Shown here: piece by piece, positions 39,444-53,349 of the stretch
Layout of the letters: every line of letters starts with the position of its first letter
Position numbering within the stretch: the first letter of the stretch is position 1
NCBI GenBank assembly: GCA_965287045.1
Contig: OZ336885.1
Location: 61,814,001 to 61,878,000, forward strand
DNA: 64,000 nt
Origin: Carcharhinus amblyrhynchos
Lineage: Eukaryota
Direction: 5' to 3'
Notes under the pieces: generated by a model
The model's input: only the letters and a program-made list of their open reading frames with translations
Told to the model about the DNA's origin: nothing
The model's database searches: none
Made by a program: the position numbers and the translations under genes

Positions 39444-39470
39444 CTTTCTCTTTGTCGAGCAGTTTACTTG
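39444..39470 (-). other. Candidate 27-nt symmetric micro-exon (phase-1 reading xSKLLDKEK)
   Basis: Strong acceptor TTTTCTATGCATTTTCCATTTTCCAG and donor AAG|GTAACT; no homology recognised. Confidence 0.3.
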
Positions 39471-42400
39471 CTGGAAAATGGAAAATGCATAGAAAATTTA
39501 GAAGCTCGCTTGGTGGCAAATAAAACAAAGGCATAATTAATTATCAAATAAGTTCTACGATGCAAATATTATTGTCAATAAATTGATCCAATGTAAACCA
39601 GTGAGTTTAATCTTCGGCAATGATTGCTGATCATTTAAAATAGGGGTAAATATATTGGGGTTGGAACAGATATCTGAAATATTTGATTAAATTGGGCGAT
39701 TACTCAATTAATTTTTGACACTTATCTTCATGTTGCCTGATGTTTCTTGTAAACATTGACACAAAATCATTTCGAAAAAAAAAAGAAGGCCACAGAACGT
39801 TGTTTTTTTTGTAGTTCCATGTTTAGATAACCAAACCACAGTCGAGATATTGTTCCCAAATTACAAAAGTTTGGCACACATATTTCTTTCAACACAAACA
39901 TTTCCTTTTCCAGTAGTATTTATATTGTCATGCCGTTGCCAATCATAGCTAAAACATTTAAGTCATTTTAAGTTTAATGTAAAATACTTTGTTTTCACAG
40001 GTAGATTCAATGCAACACACTGCAGTTTTATTGAAAAAGCTGTTCGCTCCAGAAAAAAAAACTGTGAAAAACCTCACTGGCCTCACAATCAAATAACTTT
40101 ACCAACGCTTAAAACAAACAATTAACTACATAAATACACACACAATTGCTCCAGGTTTAACTCTGTGGTCATGAGAACAAAAAACTACGATGTTATACAT
40201 AATAGACATTACAAGGCATTATGCAACACTGAAACGGACGAGCTAAATCCTCACACAATCGTTGGCATGGCATTTCGGCAAATGGAGGGACATTAGCGAG
40301 CTCAGTTGGCTGACCGGCTGCTTCATGAAGCAGTCACGTCAAAAGCGTTTGTTTAATTCTTTAATGACTAAGAAAAAATGTCAATCATATCAACCGTTTA
40401 AAATGTCCAGCGCTTTGGTGAAACTCACGGTAAATTAGCAAAAAGAAGTTATTTTTCCCAAATGGAGGGGGCGGGGGGTGGGAGTGTTGTTGGAGGGGGG
40501 GTGCAGTCTTTACCCATCTGGGGTAATGCTGGCTTTATCATGTTATATTAGCCAGCTCACACGGGCGGAAAGGAGACAGCGGCACTTTACTTCTTTTTCG
40601 TTACTGCCCGATGTTTTCTTCAAAAGTAAGTTCCGGGCAACAAATCCAACCAAGTGCTAATCAATTCACCTGTACAAGCGCATGGTTTCTTCATGTATGT
40701 GGTCAAAAACTCAGCCATACAACTCTGGAGGAGTGATCACTTGGAATCCGTCCAATATATACCCACCTCCACTGATCAGCCCGTTTTTTTTTTGGCATAT
40801 GTAACTTCAAATAGGGTGTATAAATTAGTCGCAATTATTCTTCATTTGGGCAATATATGCATTATTCTCTCCATCATAGACTCATTCCTGGTTCTTGCGT
40901 GTCTGTTAGAGGGAAGTTTTCCATTAATTGAATACGAAGAATACTAGAAAATATTTGATACAATGGGTAACCGTTGCGCAATGTGAAAACAAAGAGCGAT
41001 AATGTATCAACGTGAACAAGACTCCCCGAATGACAGTGCATGATGTGCAAATAGGAATGGTGACCATATTCGCAATTGGCGGGCAAGTAGCGACTGCATA
41101 CTTTGATATGATGGAAGCATAGCTGTAGGTGATGATAACCTATCAACAACAATAAATGGTGATCCTTCAAATAATGATGAAAAATTGTTCGCCAAAAAAA
41201 GCATGCTCAGTCCTTCTTTCTCTGGTGGAACGTATTGCAATTCTGCACTAATCAGCAAAAAAAAACAAATGTTATTGGACATTCGTCTGCAGAAGGCAAA
41301 ACAGGCAAAACTAGTACCCATTCAGTGCAAGGTGAAGCTTCGCGAGACAGCAGAAAGAGAACGTTAAAATTAAAATTAACCAACGTACTAGACTTCCACA
41401 ACATATATTTATGGCCCTTCTATGATTTTCCACCATGTTCCGTCCAGCTAAATGTAGTTTGGCGTCAATAATGCAGCAAGATTAAGCACAAACTAAAATA
41501 AAATGATGAATTTATAATCCGCGAAATGCCTTCAATGCATCACATTTGACAGGCATGGTGCTTCTAAAACTTGCTTCCATATTGCTCTGTGCTTGAACCA
41601 AGCCTTGACTAGAACAAAATGTTAATAAATTACTGTACTTATACCTGGAAATGCCTCAGTTTCTTCTTTTCATCGAAAGACTGTATACTTCATGAATTTC
41701 CAATTTTGCCTCCGAATTTTTTCAATGGTCCTTGTTCACTGAACCATGTAATTAGTATATTGTCCAAGTAACTTTATAAACCAAGAGACTATTTGACATC
41801 TCATACATCAAATTTTGAATAAAAAAATGGTGGTGCCAAAGTTTTTTCGAGTGACTTTTTTTTAATATTTAAAATATCTTTATGACTGACTATGATTAAC
41901 AAATGCTGAGGTTCCATGGATTCAAAGATCTTTAAATATGCTTGCGAGAGACCATTCTTGCTGAATTTCTATCCACATGACGCTCCAGCAAACAGAACTT
42001 CAAATAATCGAATTAGGTTGCAATCAGCAGGCAAAACTGGATTGTTGTTGTTTGAACAGAACGGCAAATGCACATTGTTCCGTGGCAGATAAGATGAGAA
42101 CACTCAGTCACTCATTCTAATGCACTGAATTACAGAAATGAAAACTGGTTGGACATTTTAGCCTTAGACATTCTGACGAATTCCATATGGAGCCACTCAT
42201 GCTGCAATAGATATGATTGACTACAATTATTCAAATATATTTCCCTTGGCCTCCCTATGTTGCCGGCATTGCCTATTTACAACAGGCAGCACAGGTGAAC
42301 AAGTCAGCTTTTCTGTTTATTAAGATTTAACGTTTTTAACTTGTAATCATTTATCCGCACAATTTCTTCCCTGCATGTCCTAAAAATCTTATCAGCTGGA

Positions 42401-43184
42401 TTGAAAGGAATATAATTAGATTTATTTGGCATTCATTCCGAGGAATTAAAGATGCAGCAGCGCCAATCCGCGCTTCCATCTGAACAGAGAGTCCACTGAC
42501 TTTTGAATTCCCCAACCTACATTTAACCAGCTCTGTCTGGATAACACATTCAATTGGATTTCTACAGCACATTCTTAAGTACTCTGATGTTAACAGCCGT
42601 AATTACTTTCTTCGATGTTTTAAGTTTTTGTTTTCGATTTTGCAACATAAACGCACTTTAACCAGATGTTTTGTTTATTCAATATTATTTACAGGACACT
42701 CTTCTAGTTGAAGAGAACGTTGTAGTGACAATTTTTGCCTGAATTATTTTATTGGCTCTCCCTGGTCCAGCATTCACTTGCTGAATTGCTGAATATATGA
42801 CGCTGGCACATCTGTGTCAAATTTTATTTTGTTCCTTTGACTTATATGGTGCCGTTGCCAATTTCTTCATTTCCAAATCAAACTGTGAAGTTGCTTGGGC
42901 AATAAATTCCATCAACGCTACAAATCCCGCAGCTGTATATCATTATGTCATGTTGAAGGTCGTACAAGATTGCATATTTTTACATACTCGCTAAAATAAC
43001 TCACATTGTTCACCGGTAGAATAAAATCAAAATTAAGCCGTGCCACCATAAATGATGCAACCATTGCAACTAAAGAAGGGGTGAATATTTTTTCAGTGTT
43101 GTGAACCCTTGTGTATTGTTTACTTCGCAATAAGGAGTAGTTTCAGAGATTATCAAACTCCCCCCCCCCTCCACCATAGGGAAT

Positions 43185-43290
43185 CTGGTTGGATTCAGAA
43201 GGTGATGAAAGATGCATACAACTTATATTGAATCGCGGAAAAGATTTGACGAGCTACAAGTTTTGTTCCTCTTCATATATTGTACGGCAT
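43185..43290 (+). mobile_element. Very degenerate CR1 3' tail
   Basis: CTTATATTGAATCGCGGA...TTGACGAGCT...TTCCTCTTCATAT resembles the CR1 3' UTR. Confidence 0.35.
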
Positions 43291-45325
43291 GTTGCCTTAT
43301 AGTTCCATACAAAATATTACTTATCTAAATGTGAAACAGAACTCTTAAAAAAAGCGAATGAATATTCTATACATTTATGCGACATTGTTTCGAAGAAGGG
43401 AACTGACATGCAAAGAACGGATTACTTTCATAATTTGACTGCGAGTCGATAATTATGTTTGAATGTGATCTGTTCTTCTATGTATCCCAGGAATCCGCAC
43501 AAGTGCATTCGAGGAACGAACTTGTCAGTAATTTATCAAGGACAATTACAGGGATGGACGTGCTTTTGGCTCTGCCACTGTGTGACACACTGATTGTAAT
43601 TTCTATCTCTAAAAAATGTGCCTTAGCTTCAAATTAGTTGTATGCAGAAGGGTAGCAAAAATGTTAAATATCAGCAATAAATCTTACCAACACATGGCAA
43701 TAACAATGGGGAGGAATATCAATTCCAAATTTACCATCAAAGTCAAACGTTCATGGTTGCAAGTTTAAACTAATAACGGAGAGCCGTCCTTCGAATATCT
43801 GCAGTCTCAATTTTTGCATCGCTCTTGTGGATTAGATTGTTGCCAATAACATGTACTTGGATCCCTGTTTCTGCTGCCGTGTTTTCTGAACATGGCATAT
43901 ATGCCAAATTTCTGATGAGTTGGTGGCACTGTTGCTTGCAAGTTATTGCCAACAAATTAGATATATTACTTCTTGTCAATATGAGGGATCCAGTCATTCC
44001 CTCAACGAGTGATGCGTAGAGTTTAGGATTAGATGTAGAAATATGAATACATTAATCGACGTGAACTGCATTGTCCCTAATAAGTATAAAATTCTTACAT
44101 GGACTTAAAAAAAATCTTCACCCTGGTGAAACTCTCGTTGGCAGAATCTGATATATGGCAAACAGTTTTTATGAATATCACGATCAATTTCCGAAAGTGA
44201 TCCTTTGATTAAAATGTCAATGATTATCTCGTGAAAACAGGGAGCAATCGACAGTAATCGGACATAATCTTTTTTTTTGAGTTAAACTGTTACATTATTT
44301 CTCTTGATAATTACGTCCAGCTAAAATAAGGATACATATTATCTCTTACGATTAATAAAAATATATGGTTGCTTCATATTTGTCATTCGAGGAATACTCG
44401 ACTGTTCCTATTTGATGCCAGACATTTGATTACTTACACATTCTTTGAAAGAGGTCTTCCGCTTCTTAAACAGCAAAAACATCAATAATTTATGTAAAAG
44501 TTTCAGTAAGTCTCAATGCATTTTACCTTCTGAAATCGGAAACTAGATTCGGGCAGAAGCATACATGTAAAGTCATTGCTTCGGTTTGCATTCTAATCGC
44601 CTCCACTCGCTGTCCAATCCTATTAGTCAGAAAAAAAAAGCTGAGCAGCATAATATGTTTGCACTGGCGTAATTAGTCTCGAACGCTAGGGTTGAGGGCT
44701 GACTTATTGGACGAAAAGCCAGCATTTATTAAATATTGGTTCTGTCCTGAAGTCGACCGACACATGAAAGGACTACAGGTATGTCAGGTGAGGAACAGAA
44801 CTAGGCTAACTCACCATTACAATTATGTTGAATGTTTCGCGCTGTGGATGTAAGGAACATAAAAAAAAACTACTTGAGCAAAGGTAAGAAGTACAACAAT
44901 GAAGTACAACACAGAACGCGTTGCAATGGGAGATTTTTTTTTTGTTTCTCTGTCTGTTTACACGTATTTATAACTTCTAACTTTAATGTGGTATAGCGTT
45001 AAAGATTCTGGATAGAAGTACAGAAATTCAGCGTAATGTATTGTTTCAACGCAGCTTGTGTTTTTTTTTTATGAATCTGCTATGTATAGTGAAGCGGTGT
45101 TACGTTAGACATGATAACATGTTCGATTAGCGCAAACTCTTTCACTATTATACGAATGAACTGACATAAACACATTGTCCTTTATGGTTTAACGCAAATG
45201 TTTTGATAACAGTTGTTTCTGAGAAAAAAAATGTTCGCCAAGAAAATGTAACCATTCACTTTGAAGAACCTGAGCTAATATCAGCAGTGGTGGACCGCTT
45301 GAATTGGTAATGTCCTGGAAATGTA

Positions 45326-45352
45326 CTCTCTCTCTCTCTCTTTCTCTCACAC
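45326..45352 (+). repeat. (CT)n/(CA)n microsatellite
   Basis: Seen directly in the sequence. Confidence 0.9.
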
Positions 45353-46049
45353 ATAGTCTCTGTGATATTTGTTTGTCACAATCGAATCAGCATATCTGGT
45401 ACGTTTATAATTTATAGTGAACTTTCCCTAATTGTTAACACCGGTTCAATGTGGTTGAAATAATTCAACTATTTATTTCGTAAACCCATGCATTTCTCTA
45501 TCCTTATGAAAATAACAACCGCATCAAAATGTGGTCATACGGCTAGTTGAGAAGAACTACGTGAGGAATTAGAACTAGTGAAAAAAAAAGTCGAATATCG
45601 GATTAAAGTAAGATTCTAGGCTTGCGGATATTGAGCTTTTGTTTTTTTTGGGAAGAGAAAAACACTGCCCTGTTTTTCAGCAACATCGATCAGAGAATTG
45701 GCTGCTCTTGATTCCAGTTAATTTCTGGGGCAGTCAGGTGAATTACTGGTATGCTTTATGATGTTAAGTATTGCGCATGAGAAAACATGGCAATGCATTT
45801 AGAGGCAACATTTAGAACGAGAAAGGAGAAGGCGAAATTGAAAGGTTGCTCGCCACACCCTGGAATTTATTTGTACTTATCGATGACGCCCCTGACAAGA
45901 CAAGCATTTACTGCTGAGATTTTCCAGCGTTTTCTCCGTTGGTTTTAGATACCACCATCCGCAGTGGCGTGCTTTTATGCAGTTTAGACGATATTTATGG
46001 ATGAAGGAACAAGCTTTTTTCTTTAAAAAAAGAAGAAAATACATCAAAT

Positions 46050-49000
46050 AGACACGAATGGACAATTGAAAGCTCACGTAGATGGAGTATGGATGTATGT
46101 CAATGGCGAAACCTGCACGGCATGGATAGTAGTGAAAGATAAAGGAACAGTTATATGCAGGAGAATAAATCCCAGGGAGAAATTTAGTACAAGTGGCTGA
46201 GTTGTTAACTTTGACCAATGCATTAGAAAGGGGTAAAGGAAAACGAGGAAATGTGTCCACATTCAGTCGATACACATTTGGTGTAATCCATGACTACATC
46301 ACAACTTGGGGAAGAGGGGGGATTGTAACATTTATCGGTGATGTATACAGCATAAGCATCGAATCAGGAATTTGCTTCAATCAGCTCACAGTTCCGTAAA
46401 AGCTGCAGTAACGAAAAAAAGAGGGCCATCAGATGATTTTTATCCAAGACAAGACAAGAGCAGATACGGCAGCTAAACACCTGTTACAACAGAACTTGGA
46501 AGGAATCCAAACAGCAAGTGAGGCAGCAGCAGAGAACATAAGAACATAAGAAATAGGAGCAGGAGTAGACCATCTAGCCCTTCGAGCCTGCCCTGCCATT
46601 CAATAAGATCATGGCTCATCTGAAGTGGTTCAGTTCCACTTTCCAGCTTTCTCCCCATCACCCTGAATTCTCTTGTCTGTCAAAAACCTATCTACCCGTG
46701 ACATAAATATATTTAGCGAGCTAGCCTCCATCGCTTCAACGGACAGACAATTCCAGAGATTCACCATCCTTTTGAGTGAAGAAGTTCCTCCTCAACTCCA
46801 ATCTTAACTGCCCCCACCCCACCCTTATCTTGAGGCTGTGCCCTCTAGTCCTGTTACCCTTTCTAAGCGGGAAGAATTTCTCTACCTCGACCCTATCCAT
46901 CCCTTTCATTACCTTATACGTCTCTATAAGACCCCCCCCCCCCCCTCATCCTTCCAAACTCCAACAAGTACAGGACCAGTCTATTTAGTCTCTCTTCTTC
47001 GGCCAACCCCCTCATCTCCAGTATCAGCCGAGTGAACCTCCTCTGCACTCCCTCCAAGGCCAAGCTAACCTTCCACAAGTGTGGCGACCAAAACTGCACA
47101 CAGTACTCCAGCTGTGGCATCACCAGTGCTTTGTACAGTTGCAGCAAGACCTCCCCGCTTTTATATTTTATCCCCCTCGCTATAAAGGCCAACATCCCAT
47201 TCGCCTTCTTGTTCACCTGCTGCAGCTGCAGAATGGGTTCTTGTGACTCATGCACAAGGGCTCCCAGATCCCTCCGCACCATAGCATGAAGTAGCTTCTC
47301 ACCCTTTAAATAGTAACCTCTCCTACTATTATTTCTGCCAAAGTGGATAACCTCACAAATTGCTAACATAATACTCCACCTGCCAGATCCTCGCCCACTC
47401 GCTCAGCCTATCCAGATCCTTCTGCAGACTTTCGACACCCTCCACGCAATTTGCTTTACCACTCATCTTAGTGTCATCAGCAAATTTTGTCACCCTACAC
47501 TCAGACCCCTCCTCCAGGTTATCTATATAAATGATAAATAGTTGAGGCCCCAGCACCGATCCCTGCCACACTCCACTAATCACCAACCGCCAATGAGAGT
47601 AGAACACATTGATACCAACTCTCTGCTTCCTATTGGACAACCAATCCTCTATCCACGCTAACACATTACCCCCAACTCCGTGCATCCTAACCTTCCATAG
47701 CAACCTTTTATGAGGCAATTTATCAAACACCTTTCGAAAATCTAGAAACACCACATCCACTGGTTCCCCTCTGTCTACCGCACTAGTCACATCCTCATAG
47801 AAATCCAATAAATTTGACAAACACGACTTCCCCTTAACGAACCCGTGCTGTGTCTGCTCTGTCAAACCATTCTTTTCTCGTTGCCTCGCTATTTCTTCTT
47901 TGATGACGGATTCAAGCATTTTTCCAACTGCAGGAGTTACACTAACCAGCCTATAATTCCCTGCCTTTTGTCTGCTTCCTTTTTTTTTAAATAGCGGCGT
48001 AACATTAGCCGTTTTCCAATCTTCTGGCACTTCCCCGGAATCCAGTGAATTTTGGTAAATAATCACTAAGGCATCCACTATCACCTCTGCCATTTCCTGA
48101 CGACCCTGGGATGCATTCCATCCGGTCCTGGGGACTTGTGCGCCTTCAGGCCCATTAGTCTATCAAGCACTACCTCTCTAGTAACAATAATCACATTCAG
48201 ACCCTCAACTCCTAACATCCTTCTATCTTTAATATCAGACAAGAGGCCAGGGAAGTCACACACATTGATGGGGAGCAGATCCAGGAGAAGGCATCTGAGG
48301 AAGAGAAACATGAATCGGAATTTTCGAGGACGGAGAGGTCGACACAGCACATGGAGAATTTAATGGAGAATTTAGTGGAGAATAATGGAGAATATAAAAG
48401 ACCAATGGGGGAGAACTTGAAATTATCCGAAGAACAGTGTTTCAGGGCAGCAGCAAATTAATTGATTGTTTACATTTTCTTCAATGCAGGTGGTCATCCA
48501 ATGTAAAACAGGGAATAGTTGAAATTGGCAGAGGATAAAACTCTAAGTTACGTACACCTAGAGATAAGGTAATGGTGAAACTTATGACAGACACGAAAGG
48601 GCTAGGGATCAAGTGGGGAGGTTTTCAGTCTAATCATTGCAAGACAAAGATGTGCCCTCATGGATGAGAAACCCTGACCATGGTGGTGATACTAGACTCA
48701 GGTAAAATCTTCTCTCAATTAGTAATTCTGAAGTGGTAATAATCAGTAGATCACCACAATGGATTTATAATCTTGTTGAACATGGAATAATAACAGCTCT
48801 TGTAGTAGCTTGAGAACTTTACTGGAGTAATTCGAATTTGTGCATTAATACTGAGGCAAAGTGGGATAATGACACAAAATAATCAGAGTAGTATGAGACG
48901 GAAAGAGACAGGAATGACTAAATTGATAAGGAGCTAACTAAGTGCAGCGAAGCATCCGACATATGTTTCATGGAGTTGTCAAAGCCCTTAACAAAGAAGA

Positions 49001-50590
49001 AAAAACGAAAACCCAGCCCACATCCCAGCGGCAGGACAACGGGATTACGCCCAACACTGATGAAAAAAATACCATATCAATTGGACCGTGAATTAATGAG
49101 GCATTTAATTGAAATTTGCTTGTTTAACATTGACAAACGGTAGAAACTTGTGTAAAGGGAGAATTAAGGTACTTTATTTTTATGATGAATGTATGTGTTT
49201 CTTTTTTTAGTACCAAATATGCAGACTTTGCCTCTAAAGGGGGCAGCATCTAAGATCATTCAGCACTTTCATTAGGAAACACTGGTTAATACTTCTATCT
49301 GAGACGCACGAGGGCATTATATATTAGGATTCTTAAGTTAGGAGGTAAGAAAGTCGTTTCGCATCAGTGAGGCCTGTGCAGCAAGATTATCTGAACAAAG
49401 GAGGACACACTTGCTATAAATTTAGGATCAGTCTCGAGGCTAGATTCAAAGCAGCACCCAAACAAAGAGTAATCTATTGCACAGAGGAATTGGGAAGTTC
49501 TGGGCAAACTTAGGGGTAAGCAAATGTGAATATTCAGAATGTGCAAGGAATATGCCATGCCTGAATCCACTCAGTAATGAACGGTCTTGTGATGTAGTAT
49601 TGTCTCAGCGAACCTCAATATCCAACTTAAAAAAAAAATGTACAATGGATTTGGGGAGATAAATCCTACGCTTGGCTCCCTGTTGGATGGAAGGGATCTT
49701 GTTACACCAAAGAAAATTCCATACGTGTATGAACTCCATCGACTGTCAAGACCAAGGAGAACCATTTTCTGCTTACTAGTTATGCAATATTGAGTGGATC
49801 GAACAATGTGAGAGATAATTAGGTGTTCCATTGGGAACCAGTTGCCAATACAGAAGCTGCCCGCGCGATGATAAATGGTGAGGTGGTTGCCATTCATACA
49901 GAGGGATTATAATAGCATTGGATTGCGTCTTGACAGCAAGTGGAGGTACATTGAATCAGCGTGTTGCAGTTACATACCAGGCAGTATAGGAAGCATAAGT
50001 AAACTAGTTGGACACATTGAGAAGGAAGTAGGGAATCTAAGTTACACTAAATCATTTACCTTGGGTGTTAGCTCTCAGGCTGGGGATAGGATCGCCAGGA
50101 GCATCGACGTTGGAACGAATCTCATTACATTCATTGTCATCCTAGTGTTAATAGTAATTGCATACTTGGCAGAATATAGATGTGCACAAAGTTCTATGTC
50201 CTCAGGAGGAACAACATCAGTGAAGGCAGTTAGGGTAAGGAAGAGAGATTCTGAAGTCTAAACCTTTAGTGAAGACGAAGATTAATTACTTGGATGCATC
50301 AATTTAGTGGCCTCAGTTGCTCCTTGGTCAACGACCAATTTGGTGGGGGATGGGGCGGGGGGCGGGGCGGGAGGTTGAAGGTGGAGTTGAGGGGGGGGGG
50401 CTGGCGGGAATTGATGTAATGTGGTGAATTCAGCTAATAAACATATAACCATTGATATGGAAAATCGAACACAACACTGTATTTGGAATGAGTTGTCTGG
50501 AATTAGGGAAACGTAAGGCAGCCAAGTGCATACCAGAGAGCTCTGCATAATTAACAAACATTTCTCGTTTAAGAAATGTATTTTCAATGT
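46050..50590 (+). mobile_element. Endogenous retrovirus remnant A (class I, gamma/epsilon-like): RNase H, integrase pieces, env, possible 3' LTR; interrupted by CR1
   Basis: RNase H: HVDG..YVNG...AWIVV...VQVAELLTLTNALERGKGKRGNVSTFSRYTFGVIHDY..TWGRGG...ADTAAK; env TM ~49830-50200: INGEVVAIHTEGL...ASGGT..ESACCSYIP...ITFIVILVLIVIAY; purine-rich tract then TG at ~50412. Confidence 0.85.
46533..48237 (-). mobile_element. CR1 LINE (subfamily A), 5'-truncated, inserted into ERV-A pol
   Basis: ORFs 47353-48093 (PEDWKTANVTPLFKK...QHGFVKGKSC...KFADDTK) and 46914-47369; (AACATAAG)n tail. Confidence 0.97.
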
Positions 50591-51544
50591 ACAAGATTGC
50601 TTTTGCGTTTGGTTACATTTTGCGAAACTTCAGTCAGTAGACAAAATACAAAGAGGCGGAAGGAACAATTGATTTACTGAAAGCAGTAATGCTGTAAGCA
50701 GTGACAGGGAACAAAATAGGTAGCAACGGTAGCTTGATGAATAGAGTTATACAACTTCGAGAAATAAGCAGACACGAATAATTTCTCAGGGTCGGCGACT
50801 GTCACTTGTGTTCAATTCAGTGGGAATCATTCTACCATTTCACTGTCTAGCGACACATATTATTGGGCAACTGAAAGGAGGTAACCTCCATGATTTCAAT
50901 ATCAAATGAACCATTATTAAGTCATGGTGTGTATTGTTATTCACTGGAGTTAATGATAGGATGATCATTGACTGATGTGTTTCAATATTTACTGGCTAAT
51001 GCCCAACAGAAAGGTAGGCAATACGATTTTTGGCATTGATCTTCAGACTGATAAACGGGGGCTCGCATTTTATGTCTTGTCCGTCGGGCCTCCTCATATC
51101 TTTCTCCCATTCGATCATTTGGCTAAGTAAAGCCACGTCTTCAACATCAATACACTGTATTTTGAGTCTTTATATCAGGTTTAGCAACTATACAGAACCT
51201 CGAGAGGAAGCCCCCGTCTACACAATGCGATTTTTTTGACTCGCTTGCCAATTGCCAACCCAAACTGAGCAGTGGCCAATTTTCACTGCTCTTGATGGTG
51301 TAGAATCGGAAGGAGGATAGTTCATTTACAGCCAAATACATTGCAAGAAATATATTTGCATAACTAATCAAAAATGGGACGCAGTTCAAAGGGAACAAAT
51401 AGAAAGTCTGGGGAGGGAAATGTACGAAAAGGAGCATTTGAAAATCTGCAATCCCAATTCACAGGGGACTAGGCATGCACACACAAAAAAAAATGATTCT
51501 CCGAAACGGTAAATTGTGAGAAGTATGCGATAACCATGGGGATA

Positions 51545-51775
51545 AACAAATATGTTAACGGTGGGTCAGTAGTGAAACCTGCTGCTTCACAGTGTCATGT
51601 TGATTGGCTATGATACATTGTCACTTCGTGGCCCAGGGTGCGTCGGTTTGGTGAATTAGTGGGGGAATACTTGCGTGTACGGAAATATAGCCTGGGTAAC
51701 ATTCTCCGTCAATTCGTTTAGACCACATGGTTATATGACGTTTTTCTGCATTATTTGAAACTATGATTCGATTAA
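51545..51775 (+). mobile_element. Degenerate V-SINE
   Basis: CTGCTGCTTCACAGTG head, TGATTGGCTATG.TA.ATTG, tail ...CTATGATTC. Confidence 0.55.
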
Positions 51776-53349
51776 ATTGCCGCCCATGCATTCGAAACTA
51801 TATCACCGATTTACGTTATCTCTTGGGAGAATGTTGTTGGCAAATTTCCTGACTGTGACGTAAGATGCACTGAAGAGATAACTGAATTTGTCCCACAACT
51901 TCTGGCATTCTAAAAAACAAAATGTGGCTGTATTTTTAATACTCATTGTAAATTGATAGCAGCCTGGGCTGGCGAAAAGAATTGTGGACATATTTTGTGC
52001 AAACAGATTTTCCAGCAGAGTCCATGAAGTTTTGACATTACAGCATTGAGTATGCCAGAGAGTAAAGCCGACATTGCTGTTTATTAGATTGTGCAGTAAC
52101 CTGACAGCTTTTTGACGCTAGAATCACTAGGAACAGCCTAGGCAGATTTACACAGATTTTGAAATGGTCATGCATATTTCATTTGCCCATTGAGTACCAG
52201 TTCTGAAGGACAGAGTCATCTGTCAAACACGAGGGAAATATTACACTCAGAATAAATTTCAAATGTGTTCTCTCCAATTGTAAAAACTTCATGTAAAGAA
52301 AACAACTCCAGACAGGTGCAAATTGTGCAATAATATGCCCCCAGACCCGAAACTGGTTTTGTCCATGCTACCTTGACATGGGGATATCATACAAATGCAA
52401 ATCCTTACGGACCTGAACAGACATGTGCTGAAGCCTTCTGCGCAGTCTAGCAAATCAATTTATTAGAGTGTGATTGATGTTCGAAAATAGTCTTTCCATT
52501 GTCAAACGTGGCACTACCTCTTGCATAGAGTTTCCAATTTGGAGGAAATACAGCATTTTAAAGGGAGCGTTGTAGCATTTTCCTGCAAATGGAAAGCTAT
52601 ATTAAATGATTTGTCTGAGGACACGGAGATGAACAAAATTTCGGAATGCAAGGGGGAATATTCTTCAAAGGAAACGAAGCAGTTTTGTCTTCTCATTCAA
52701 ATTAAAGCAAGACATTTATAATACTGAAGCAGGGCACAATAAAACAACATATCTTAATTTCTTTGCAAACGCATGTGTTCTCCAATACCGCACTTGAAAA
52801 AATAATATTATATTGAATGCCAGTGACATCGTTTACAAAACCAGAACGTTATTTGTCGCAATGAAAACGATAGGATTTCTGTAACAGTTTAGGAAGAAAT
52901 TGATTCGAATTAAATCCCAAGAATCATGGAGCCAAAGCGAAGCTGCAACTTCTCTAGCAGTCACAAAATGCAAATTGATACCCAAGATAATGCGGTTGCA
53001 TGTAATAGTTTCAGGGATTGTTACTTCCCATGTGGTAAGATGGTCAGTGGTTTAGATGTGCCATTACCTGCAGTAGTTCTGTCACCACGCACAACGACAT
53101 ATAAGTATACTACGTTTCATTTTTAGATTTGCAAAAAATTAGGTCTTCTCAGATTGCTGTGTACCAAACAACTTTAACGATAAGTGGTGTTATTTGCTGG
53201 AAATGAAAGGGCAGCATAGCACATGATTCATATACGCTTCGGATACGGGCATTGGAGGATTATCAGGGATGCCAGGTGACACTTTCGTACCCAGATAGTG
53301 TCCAAGTTTAGCTCTACGAACACGCATCGATTGTGGCAAGTCTAGATAA

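Noticed and set aside
43770-43997. Minus ORF ending YMPCSENTAAETGIQVHVIG, reminiscent of Ig-domain F-G strands
   Set aside because: No D.G.Y.C motif, conserved Trp or first Cys at the correct spacing
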